Positions 38,365-46,766 of a stretch of DNA of 64,000 nt are shown here, piece by piece. The DNA comes from an uncultured Pseudodesulfovibrio sp. GTDB taxonomy: Bacteria; Desulfobacterota; Desulfovibrionia; Desulfovibrionales; Desulfovibrionaceae. Numbering within the stretch: position 1 is the stretch's first letter; every line of letters starts with the position of its first letter. The DNA lies in NCBI RefSeq assembly GCF_963662885.2, contig NZ_CAXXKG010000011.1, forward strand, positions 8,282 through 72,281, read 5' to 3'. Made by a program: the position numbers and the translations under genes. The notes beneath the pieces are model-generated. The model was given only the letters and a program-made list of their open reading frames with translations, had not been told where the DNA came from and did not search any database.

Positions 38365-40818
38365 ATGTATCTCAAGCAGCTCTTCAGGCATTGGACCTAT
38401 CAGGTATTCGCTCCGGGTACCCTGCTTCGGCGCAAGTACGAGGCCTTCAAGTCCCTGCTGGCCCACGACGCAGTGGCCCTGGAACTGGTCGCCGACCTTG
38501 AGGAGATGTTTTACGGCAAGCGGCTGGCCGACCGTCAGCGCGCGCTCTGGATGACCAATCGGTTGTCCTCGGCCGTGTCCACCATGGCCGGGCAGTTGGT
38601 GGAGATGAATCCGACCCGGTACATGGATCTGCCCGAATACTTCCGCAAGATCGATTTCTACGTGCATATGGCGCTTGAGCTCGAACAGCCCGAGGTCGGG
38701 CCGCCGTACATTCTCTCCCTGGAAGAGGCCGGGGTCATGCCGAAGCTGGCAGGCGGCAAGGCGTCCAACCTGGGCCGGGCCAAGGCCCTGGATGGCATCC
38801 CGGTGCCGCCGGGTTTCGTGGTCACGGCCAATGCCTTCAACTATTTCATCGACTTCAACGGGCTGGGTGAGGAAATCGAAAAGCGGCTGCGGCAGATGGT
38901 CGTAGGCGACCGGGACCTTCTGGCCCGGCTGACCGCCGAGATGCAGGAGCTCATCCTGGCCGCCGAGGTTCCGGAGGAGATCGCCCGGGGCATCCGCTAC
39001 GGCGTGTCCGAGATCATCAGCGGCGACGACCTCATCGCGGTCCGGTCCAGCGCCCTGGCCGAAGACGGCGAGATATCCTTTGCCGGGCAGTACGCCTCGG
39101 AATTGAACGTCCAGCCCAACGATGTCCTTGAGGCGTACAAGCGGGTCCTGGCGGGCAAGTACTGCCCACGGGCCGTGGCCTACCGTATCTCCAACGGGCT
39201 GACCGACAGCGAGACAGCCATGGCCGTGCTGGTCATTCCCATGGTGGACGCGGACACCGCCGGCGTGCTCTACACCCGCGACCCGGACTGCCGGGGCCGG
39301 GAGGCCATGGGCGTGTACGGCGTGCGCGGCCTGGGCCACGGACTGGTGGACGGCTCCACCTCCCCGGACAAAGCCGTGCTGACCAGGGAAGAGACCCCGC
39401 GTCTGGACCCGGAATGCACCCCGGATGCGGGCGGCCTGCCTTCGGAAGAGTCACTCATCCGGCTTGGCCAACTGGCCATGCGGCTGGAGGAGGCCTTCGG
39501 GCGGCCCCAGGATATCGAGTGGGCCGAGGACGTCACCGGGGAGCTGTATATTCTTCAGACCCGGCCCTTGCAGGAGGAGCGCGAGGAGGCCCTGGCCGTT
39601 CAGGAACCGCTTCCCACGGCCGCCTTTCCCATTGCCCAAGGGCTGGAACGCGCCTCAACGGGCGCGGGCTGCGGCACCGTGTATATCGCCGACACGGGCG
39701 AACGCATCGCCCAGATTCCTGATGGAGCCGTGGTCGTCACTCCGAGCCTCAAGCCCTCGCTGTTGACCTTCATCGGAAGAATGAACGGGGTCATCTCGGC
39801 CACGGGCAGCCGGGCCAGCCATTTTGCTTCCGTGGCCCGCGAATGGGGTGTGCCCGTGGTGGTCGGCGACGTGGACGCAGGGCTCGAACCCGGGCAGCTC
39901 GTCACCGTGGATGGCACGGGCGGCGCCATCTATGAAGGCTGCGTGGAAGAGATCATGACCAGGGCGCGCGAAGGCGAGCAGATTTCCGAACGGGTGGTGG
40001 AGCAGTATGCCAAGGTCGCCCCTCTGACCGTGCGCCTGAACCTGACCGACCCGCAGAGCGAGGACTTCACCCCCATGGGCTGCAAGTCCCTGCACGACGT
40101 TATCCGGTTCTGCCACGAGAAGTCCGTGAACGAGATGTTCGCGGTCATGGACAAGAAGGGACGCGGCATGCACTCGGCCAAGCGCCTGGAAACCAGTCTC
40201 CCGCTGGTCATGTACGTGCTGGATTTGGGCGACGGTTTCTTCGCCAACGCGGGCGAGGGCAAGACCGTGTCGCCCCAGGACATCAAGTGCCGTCCCATGT
40301 GGGCCCTGTGGTACGGATTGTCCGACGACCGGGTCAAATGGCCTTCGCGGCTGACGGCCATGGACTGGGAAGAGTTCGACAAGGTTTCGGGCGGCATCTT
40401 CAGCTTCGACTCCAAGCTGCTGGCCAGCTACGGGCTGATATCCGAGGATTATCTGCACCTGATGGTCCGTTTCGGCTACCACTTCTCGGTGGTGGATACC
40501 ATCTGCGGTCCCGAGCAGGGGGCCAACTACATCAATTTTCGCTTCAAGGGCGGCGGGGCAGGCTTTGACCAGCGATTGCTCCGGCTGGAATTCATCCGCA
40601 GGATTCTGGAACACTACGGGTTCGAGACCACCACGCGCGGCGACATGATCGACGCCAAATGTTCCCGGTTGCCGGAAAACGACACCCGGCGGCTGCTCAT
40701 GCGGCTGGGCTATCTGATGGCCGTGACCCGGCTCATGGATATGCGCATGGACGATGAGGAACAGGTCGCCATCGAGGTCGAGCGGTTCATCAACGATGCG
40801 GAGTCGCGCGATGGCTGA
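38365..40818 (+). CDS. PEP-synthase/PPDK-like dikinase, paralog of 6323-8938
   Basis: AVRSSALAEDGEISFAGQY and PQDIEWAED. Swivel motif GSRASHFASVAREWGVPVVVG (His codon 39820-39822). Shared C-terminal domain from LNLTDPQSEDF. Confidence 0.85.
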   Translation: MYLKQLFRHWTYQVFAPGTLLRRKYEAFKSLLAHDAVALELVADLEEMFYGKRLADRQRALWMTNRLSSAVSTMAGQLVEMNPTRYMDLPEYFRKIDFYVHMALELEQPEVGPPYILSLEEAGVMPKLAGGKASNLGRAKALDGIPVPPGFVVTANAFNYFIDFNGLGEEIEKRLRQMVVGDRDLLARLTAEMQELILAAEVPEEIARGIRYGVSEIISGDDLIAVRSSALAEDGEISFAGQYASELNVQPNDVLEAYKRVLAGKYCPRAVAYRISNGLTDSETAMAVLVIPMVDADTAGVLYTRDPDCRGREAMGVYGVRGLGHGLVDGSTSPDKAVLTREETPRLDPECTPDAGGLPSEESLIRLGQLAMRLEEAFGRPQDIEWAEDVTGELYILQTRPLQEEREEALAVQEPLPTAAFPIAQGLERASTGAGCGTVYIADTGERIAQIPDGAVVVTPSLKPSLLTFIGRMNGVISATGSRASHFASVAREWGVPVVVGDVDAGLEPGQLVTVDGTGGAIYEGCVEEIMTRAREGEQISERVVEQYAKVAPLTVRLNLTDPQSEDFTPMGCKSLHDVIRFCHEKSVNEMFAVMDKKGRGMHSAKRLETSLPLVMYVLDLGDGFFANAGEGKTVSPQDIKCRPMWALWYGLSDDRVKWPSRLTAMDWEEFDKVSGGIFSFDSKLLASYGLISEDYLHLMVRFGYHFSVVDTICGPEQGANYINFRFKGGGAGFDQRLLRLEFIRRILEHYGFETTTRGDMIDAKCSRLPENDTRRLLMRLGYLMAVTRLMDMRMDDEEQVAIEVERFINDAESRDG

Positions 40819-41875
40819 TAAGACCGCCGCCTACAAGGTGACCTGGGTCACGGACCAGCTCGGCGTGGGCAGCGCGCCCATGAGCTACCCGCAATTGGAC
40901 GCCATCCGCGCCCAGGGCGTGGACGCCATTCTCAACCTGTGCGGCGAGTTCTGCGACCTGCACGACATCGAGAAGGGGGCCGGTTTCGAGGTCCATTACC
41001 TGCCGTTGGAAGACGAGGAGGCCCCGGGTCTGATCGAGTTGGAAAAGACCCTGGCATGGCTGGACGAAGCCATCTATCTGGGCAAGAAGGTGCTGATCCA
41101 CTGCCGCCACGGCATAGGGCGTACCGGCACGGTGCTCAACGCCTATCTGCTGCGGCGCGGTCTGGGGCACAAGCTGGCGGGCAAGGCGCTCAAGAAGCTC
41201 AAGAGCAAACCAGCCAACTTCGTCCAGTGGCGGACCATCCGCAAATACGGCAAGCAGTCCGGCCAGCTGACCGTTCGAGAGCCGTCCCTTGAATTCAAGC
41301 GGCTGGTGGATTTGTCCCCGTTTTTCAATGACTACAGCGAACTGGTCGCGCGCGTGGACGAGAGCGGCCATGCTTCCGAAGGGCTGGCCTGCGGTCTGGA
41401 TCACAGCCAGTGCTGCACCACGCCGGTCTCGCTGACCCTGGCCGAGGCCGTGTATATTTCCCATCGCATCAACCAAAAGCTGTCCGGAGAGGAGCGGCTC
41501 AAGGTCATCGAGCGGGCCGTTGCCACGGCGCAGGCCGAGCGCAAGGCGGCCAGCGACGTGTCTTCAGGCAAGGACGGTGAATACTGCCTGTCCGAGGCCG
41601 GTGCCGTCTGTCCCCTGCTTGAGAACGACAAGTGCCTGCTCTTCGAGCACCGGCCCATCCAGTGCCGCGCCTTCGGTCTGGATCAGGACGATGCCGGTGG
41701 ATTGTGGGGGACCATGATCAATCCGGCGCTGAACAAGATCTCGGCGGAAATCTGGTTCGCCTACACCGGCTCCATGGCGTCCGGCGACATGCCGCACTTC
41801 GCCTTGCCGGACGTGGTTTCCGGCAAGTTCGTGGAGACCATCTTCCGGTTCATGATGCGGCAGGGGCTGGAATAG
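40811..41875 (+). CDS. dual-specificity (HCX5R) protein-tyrosine-phosphatase-like domain fused to a YkgJ/UPF0153-type Cys-rich domain
   Basis: VLIHCRHGIGRTG (Cys codon 41102-41104). C-terminal CGLDHSQCC...CPLLENDKCLLFEHRPIQCR. Its ATG overlaps the dikinase stop (ATGGCTGA). Confidence 0.8.
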   Translation: MADKTAAYKVTWVTDQLGVGSAPMSYPQLDAIRAQGVDAILNLCGEFCDLHDIEKGAGFEVHYLPLEDEEAPGLIELEKTLAWLDEAIYLGKKVLIHCRHGIGRTGTVLNAYLLRRGLGHKLAGKALKKLKSKPANFVQWRTIRKYGKQSGQLTVREPSLEFKRLVDLSPFFNDYSELVARVDESGHASEGLACGLDHSQCCTTPVSLTLAEAVYISHRINQKLSGEERLKVIERAVATAQAERKAASDVSSGKDGEYCLSEAGAVCPLLENDKCLLFEHRPIQCRAFGLDQDDAGGLWGTMINPALNKISAEIWFAYTGSMASGDMPHFALPDVVSGKFVETIFRFMMRQGLE

Positions 41876-41881
41876 CCCGGC

Positions 41882-42736
41882 CTAGACCGAGCAGTGCAAC
41901 TCCACAAAGGGGTTGGCCAGCTGCGGCAGGTAGGGCTCGGCAAAGAAGACGTGTCCTTCCCTGGGCAGGGTCAGGGGCGCGGCATCCGGGTCGGTGGACA
42001 CGCTGACCGTGTCCTTGGTGAAGGTCACGGTCATGGGCACCACTTCCTGTTCCGCCTCACTGCAAAGACTTTCCCTGTTTTCCGGTACATGGCAGTGGGT
42101 GTGCCCGTCCGGATGGACCACCGTCAGCTTGGTCAGCGTGGTGATCACCCGGCAGACCTTCCCTTCCTCATCGAATTCCAATGAATTGGCATCCCCGTTG
42201 ATACCCACGGCGTCTGGGTCGTAGGCAGTCATTTCGCCTGCCCGGGTGGGCACGGTGGTGGGTTTGGCCGGTTCCAGGGAGCGGACCTTGCCGTCGCGTG
42301 TGAAGCTGATGCCGATGCGCGCCTCGATGGGTCCGACAGGGGTAGGCACGGACAGGGTCTCTCCCGGCCACAGGGTCAGGCTGCGCAGGCTGCGGTCGTC
42401 GTAGAAGCTGACGCTCAGCACCTTGACCTGGATCAGTCCGATGGGCGTGGTCAGGCTGACGGGCTTGGACAGCCCCGCCTCGTCGTCCTGGCTCCAATAG
42501 CCCGACAACTTGCCGTTCAGGGGGAAGATGCGGTTGATCGTGCCGTTCGGGTGAAAGGATACCAACTCCCCCGGAATCTCACCGATGGAGGTGGAGAATA
42601 TGGTCTGTTTCTCAAGAGGCACGGATTTTACCGCGCCCGTGGCGTGATATTCCACGGGGAGAATCTCCCGTTTCCTGAGGTCGTCGTCAGTGTGTTGGGG
42701 AATCAGTTCACCGTACTGCGTGGATATGGTCTGCAT
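41882..42736 (-). CDS. hypothetical protein made of short beta-hairpin-like repeats (MORN-variant-like, tentative)
   Basis: GAGAGG RBS. Recurring xFxxxGxxxxx units (VSFHPNGTINRI, ISFTRDGKVRSL, LEFDEEGKVCRV). Confidence 0.6.
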   Translation of the reverse strand: MQTISTQYGELIPQHTDDDLRKREILPVEYHATGAVKSVPLEKQTIFSTSIGEIPGELVSFHPNGTINRIFPLNGKLSGYWSQDDEAGLSKPVSLTTPIGLIQVKVLSVSFYDDRSLRSLTLWPGETLSVPTPVGPIEARIGISFTRDGKVRSLEPAKPTTVPTRAGEMTAYDPDAVGINGDANSLEFDEEGKVCRVITTLTKLTVVHPDGHTHCHVPENRESLCSEAEQEVVPMTVTFTKDTVSVSTDPDAAPLTLPREGHVFFAEPYLPQLANPFVELHCSV

Positions 42737-43466
42737 GATAACCTCTCTTGGAGTCTTGGAAGGCGGAACGGTGACTGAGGTGGCAACCGTCCGGGATCCT
42801 TGAGGGTGCGGGGCGTCCGGCGAGGCCGTGGCGTCCGATGAAAAGCAATGTCAGGTAGCTGATGAGCAGCAGGGCCAGGGAGAGCAGGCCCGCCTGTCCG
42901 TATTCCAGGGATTCGGTGTGCTCGAAGATGGCGATGGAAGCTACCTTGGTCTGGCCCGGTATGGAGCCGCCGAGCATCAGGGCCACACCGAACTCGCCCA
43001 CGGTGTGCGCGAAGATCAGCGCGGCCGAGGCGGTCAGTCCGCCCAGGGCGTTGGGCAGGATGACATGGCAGAATGTCTGGAAATGGGTCATGCCCGAACA
43101 GCGGGCGGCTTCGATGATGCCCGGATCGATTTTTTCAAAGGCAGCGCGCATGGGCAGTACGCCGAAGGGCAGGCTGTAGATGAGCGAGCCGATAACCAGT
43201 CCGGAAAAGGAAAAGGGCAGGGGGAATCCGAAGAGCGATTCCCAGGCCGCGCCCAGGGGCGAGGTCGGGCTCATTATCATGAGCAGGCCGAAGCCGAGCA
43301 CCGTGGGCGGCAGGACCATGGGCAGGTTGCAGGCCGCTTCCACGAACCGCTTGCCCGGCATGCTCGACATGGCCAGCCAATAGGCCAGCGGCATGCACAG
43401 GCAGAGCAGCAGAGGCGTGACCGCCAGGGCCAGCTTGCCGGTTATCAGGAGCGCCGTGAAGTCCAT
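42708..43466 (-). CDS. modB: molybdate ABC transporter permease, with an atypical 40-aa C-terminal tail
   Basis: ATG 43466 gives MDFTALLITGKLALA. ModB-like EAA loop IEAARCSGMTHFQTF. The tail overlaps the next gene by 29 nt. Confidence 0.8.
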   Translation of the reverse strand: MDFTALLITGKLALAVTPLLLCLCMPLAYWLAMSSMPGKRFVEAACNLPMVLPPTVLGFGLLMIMSPTSPLGAAWESLFGFPLPFSFSGLVIGSLIYSLPFGVLPMRAAFEKIDPGIIEAARCSGMTHFQTFCHVILPNALGGLTASAALIFAHTVGEFGVALMLGGSIPGQTKVASIAIFEHTESLEYGQAGLLSLALLLISYLTLLFIGRHGLAGRPAPSRIPDGCHLSHRSAFQDSKRGYHADHIHAVR

Positions 43467-43473
43467 GCCGCTC

Positions 43474-43602
43474 CTATGGGGTAAGGGTGGACGGGGACGA
43501 CTGGGCGACAAGACCCTGCGCCGCACTGGGCGGCATGGCCGTGGAAGCCGTGCCGGACAGAACGCAAAGCCACAGACAGATGTATACGAACTTCTTGAAC
43601 AC
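43474..43602 (-). CDS. 42-aa signal-peptide-like mini-ORF (possible modA remnant)
   Basis: AGGAGG then GTG. VFKKFVYICLWLCVLSGTASTAMPPSAAQGLVAQSSPSTLTP. It ends 7 nt before the modB ATG. Confidence 0.3.
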   Translation of the reverse strand: MFKKFVYICLWLCVLSGTASTAMPPSAAQGLVAQSSPSTLTP

Positions 43603-43610
43603 GGGACCTC

Positions 43611-44705
43611 CTAGTTCTTGACGAGTTTGGTGAGTTCACTGTCGGTCAGGGGGCGTTCCAGCTCCCAGGCCAGCTTTCTTACTTCATCGACAAGGGCCGA
43701 GATGCCCTGTTCCGGAAGGTCGAGGCCGTGGTCCGCAAGGGCGTTGGCGACCGCCGCGCGCCCACTTTTTCCGCCAACAGCGACCATCCGGTTCGCGCCG
43801 ATGCGGGCGGGGTCGAAGGGTTCGAAAAGTTCAGGCGACTTGCTGAGAGCGTGCGCGTGAAGGCCGGACTCGCAAGCGAAAATGTCCTTGCCCGCGATCG
43901 CCTTGGTTCGGGGAATCGGCACCCCGGCAGCTTGAGAAACGAAATGGCAGAGGTCGCGAAGGTCTTCAACTTTGTACGCATGGCTGTTCTCCTTGAGTGT
44001 CAGGTAGGCGGCCAGTTCTTCCGTGGCCGCGATGCCGGAACGCTCGCCGATGCCGAGCAGGCTGACGTCGGCATAGTTGGCACCGGCGGACAGCGCGGTA
44101 ACCGCGTTGCCAGTGGCCATGCCGAAATCGTCGTGGCAGTGCACGGCCAGGTCGATGTCCAGTTCCTTCTTGAAGGTTGCGACCAGTTCCGCCATCGCAG
44201 GCGGGGTCAAAAGGCCCAGGGAGTCGGACAGGCGCACGCGGGACGCGCCCACGTCCTGCGCCAGTCCGGCTGCCTTCAGAGCGAAGTCCCGGTCGGCTCT
44301 GGAAAGGTCTTCCAGTCCGACGGACACGTATTCCAAGCCCAGGAGCCGGGCCGCGAGAACGGTGCGGGCCAGGCGTTCCAAAAGCCCCTCGCGGTCGGTC
44401 CCGAGTCTGTTTTCGATATGCAGGTCGGATACGGGCACGCCGATATTGATTCGGTCGATCCCAAGGCCCGCGGCCTTGCGGATGTCAGCCTCGCGGCAGG
44501 GCGACCATACGGACAGGGCGGTGCGGCCGCGCCGCGTCCCTATTCTATATATGAGTTCGTCCAGACCTTCCTGGCCCACCCAGCCCAGCTCGATCTCGTC
44601 CACTCCTATGGACATGAGGCCGGACACGATCCGTTCCTTCGCCTCCATGGAGAAGTAGGCTCCAAAGAGCTGAGCGCCTTCTCTGAGTGTGGTGTCGATC
44701 AACAT
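43611..44705 (-). CDS. nifV: homocitrate synthase
   Basis: DTTLREGAQ and HCHDDFGMATGN motifs. 364 aa. Adjacent to nifH. Confidence 0.88.
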   Translation of the reverse strand: MLIDTTLREGAQLFGAYFSMEAKERIVSGLMSIGVDEIELGWVGQEGLDELIYRIGTRRGRTALSVWSPCREADIRKAAGLGIDRINIGVPVSDLHIENRLGTDREGLLERLARTVLAARLLGLEYVSVGLEDLSRADRDFALKAAGLAQDVGASRVRLSDSLGLLTPPAMAELVATFKKELDIDLAVHCHDDFGMATGNAVTALSAGANYADVSLLGIGERSGIAATEELAAYLTLKENSHAYKVEDLRDLCHFVSQAAGVPIPRTKAIAGKDIFACESGLHAHALSKSPELFEPFDPARIGANRMVAVGGKSGRAAVANALADHGLDLPEQGISALVDEVRKLAWELERPLTDSELTKLVKN

Positions 44706-44753
44706 GTGGTTTGTCCTCTTGATATTGTTGCAGGGGTTGCTGGCTCTTTATGA

Positions 44754-44768
44754 GCAGGAAGGATGCCA
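44754..44768 (-). promoter_or_regulatory. sigma-54 promoter of nifV
   Basis: The minus strand reads TGGCAT-CCTTC-CTGC. The predicted +1 is about 37 nt upstream of the ATG. Confidence 0.55.
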
Positions 44769-44836
44769 ATTCTCAAAATGAGCGTATCATACTGAAATCA
44801 AACAGGAAAATTATTGACGTAAAAGATAGGGATTTG

Positions 44837-44919
44837 CCTACGTTTTTGTAGGTTGCGACACTAGTGTCTGCGTGACTGGTGCGAACCTACACTTTTTGTA
44901 GGTAGCTACACCGCTGTAG
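44837..44919. promoter_or_regulatory. shared upstream activator region: array of GTAGG/CCTAC inverted repeats plus a 12-bp palindrome
   Basis: CCTAC-N6-GTAGG at 44837-52. GACACTAGTGTC at 44857-68. CCTAC-N7-GTAGG at 44886-902. CTACA-N4-TGTAG at 44906-19. Two TGTAGGT-N-GC-N-ACA 14-mers at 44847 and 44897. Confidence 0.5.
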
Positions 44920-44970
44920 GAAATTCATTTTCTCCTAATAATACAGTACGTTAATATTGTAGTTCGGGTT

Positions 44971-44985
44971 TGGCACGGCGTTTGC
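44971..44985 (+). promoter_or_regulatory. sigma-54 promoter of nifH
   Basis: TGGCAC-GGCGT-TTGC, an exact consensus match. The predicted +1 is about 33 nt upstream of ATG 45030. Confidence 0.85.
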
Positions 44986-44990
44986 CTTAG

Positions 44991-45860
<870 letters not shown>

Positions 45861-45896
45861 TTCTCCCCGACATTTCGCCCAGTCGGCGGTTCCGGC

Positions 45897-45926
45897 AGGC
45901 GCGGAATTTGAGAAAATTCCGCGCCT
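45897..45926 (+). other. 13-bp stem-loop after nifH (no T-tract)
   Basis: aggcgcggaattt-gaga-aaattccgcgcct. Confidence 0.6.
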
Positions 45927-46016
45927 ACAGGGGACAACCAGCCAAAAAAGATGGCGGATGTGGAAACTGAAAACAATCAAAGTCCTTTAATAACGAAGAG
46001 ATAGGAGAGAGCAAAA

Positions 46017-46370
46017 ATGATGATCATGGTACGAGCAATTGTGCGGCCCGAGAAAGCGGACACCGTTCTGGCCGCTCTGATGGACAACGGCTTTCCCGCC
46101 GTCACCAAATATTCCGTGGCCGGTCGCGGCAAGCAGCGCGGCATCAAGATCGGTGAGGTCACCTACGACGAGATCCCCAAGACCATGCTCATGTGCGTCG
46201 TCAACGCCGCCGACAAGGACTTCGTGATCAACACCATCATGGATGCAGCCCGCTCCGGCAACAAGGGCGCGTTCGGCGACGGCAAGATCTTCGTCTCTGA
46301 TGTCGAGGACGTCTACACCATCAGCTCCGGCGTCAACGAGACCGCCGCAGCCAGCGAGGAGGCCGCGTAA
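46017..46370 (+). CDS. nifI1: PII-family nitrogenase regulator NifI1
   Basis: GlnB-like MVRAIVRPEK...GDGKIFV. Sits between nifH and nifD. Confidence 0.9.
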   Translation: MMIMVRAIVRPEKADTVLAALMDNGFPAVTKYSVAGRGKQRGIKIGEVTYDEIPKTMLMCVVNAADKDFVINTIMDAARSGNKGAFGDGKIFVSDVEDVYTISSGVNETAAASEEAA

Positions 46371-46744
46371 TGAAGGAAGTCATCGCAGTCGTGCGCATGA
46401 ACATGATGAACCAGACCAAGGCCGCCCTGAGCGAAGCCGGCGTGGACGCCTTCTTCGCCCACGCAGCGGAAGGCCGAGGCAAGGGGTTCGTCAACTCGGC
46501 CGTCGTCGAAGGCGCTGAGAGCGGCTACGAAGAAGCCGCCGCCGTCCTCGGCGAAAAGGGCAAGCTCTATCCCAAGCGCATGGTAACGGTAGTGGTCCCC
46601 GATGACATGGTGGATGACGTCGTCGAAGCCGTCATGGCCGCCAACAAGACCGGCAAGCCGGGCGACGGCAAGATATTTGTCCTGCCCGTGGGTGACGCTG
46701 TTCGCGTCAGAACCGCCGAAACCGGCGCAAAGGCCATAGCCTAG
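46370..46744 (+). CDS. nifI2: PII-family nitrogenase regulator NifI2
   Basis: PII-like protein with an extended T-loop. GDGKIFVLPV. TAATG overlap with nifI1. Confidence 0.9.
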   Translation: MKEVIAVVRMNMMNQTKAALSEAGVDAFFAHAAEGRGKGFVNSAVVEGAESGYEEAAAVLGEKGKLYPKRMVTVVVPDDMVDDVVEAVMAANKTGKPGDGKIFVLPVGDAVRVRTAETGAKAIA

Positions 46745-46766
46745 CCGAGATCAAGGAGTATTGAGA

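Noticed and set aside
43445-43639. 64-aa minus-strand track ORF between nifV and modB.
   Set aside because: It overlaps both the nifV 3' end and the modB start and has an Arg/Ser-rich composition. The 42-codon ORF in another frame has an RBS and a signal-peptide-like sequence, so it is the better, though still weak, candidate.
44769-44970. Search for a canonical NifA UAS (TGT-N10-ACA) upstream of nifH and nifV.
   Set aside because: I checked every TGT in the interval and none is followed by ACA after 10 nt. Only TGT-N8-ACA variants occur; these are reported as a finding.
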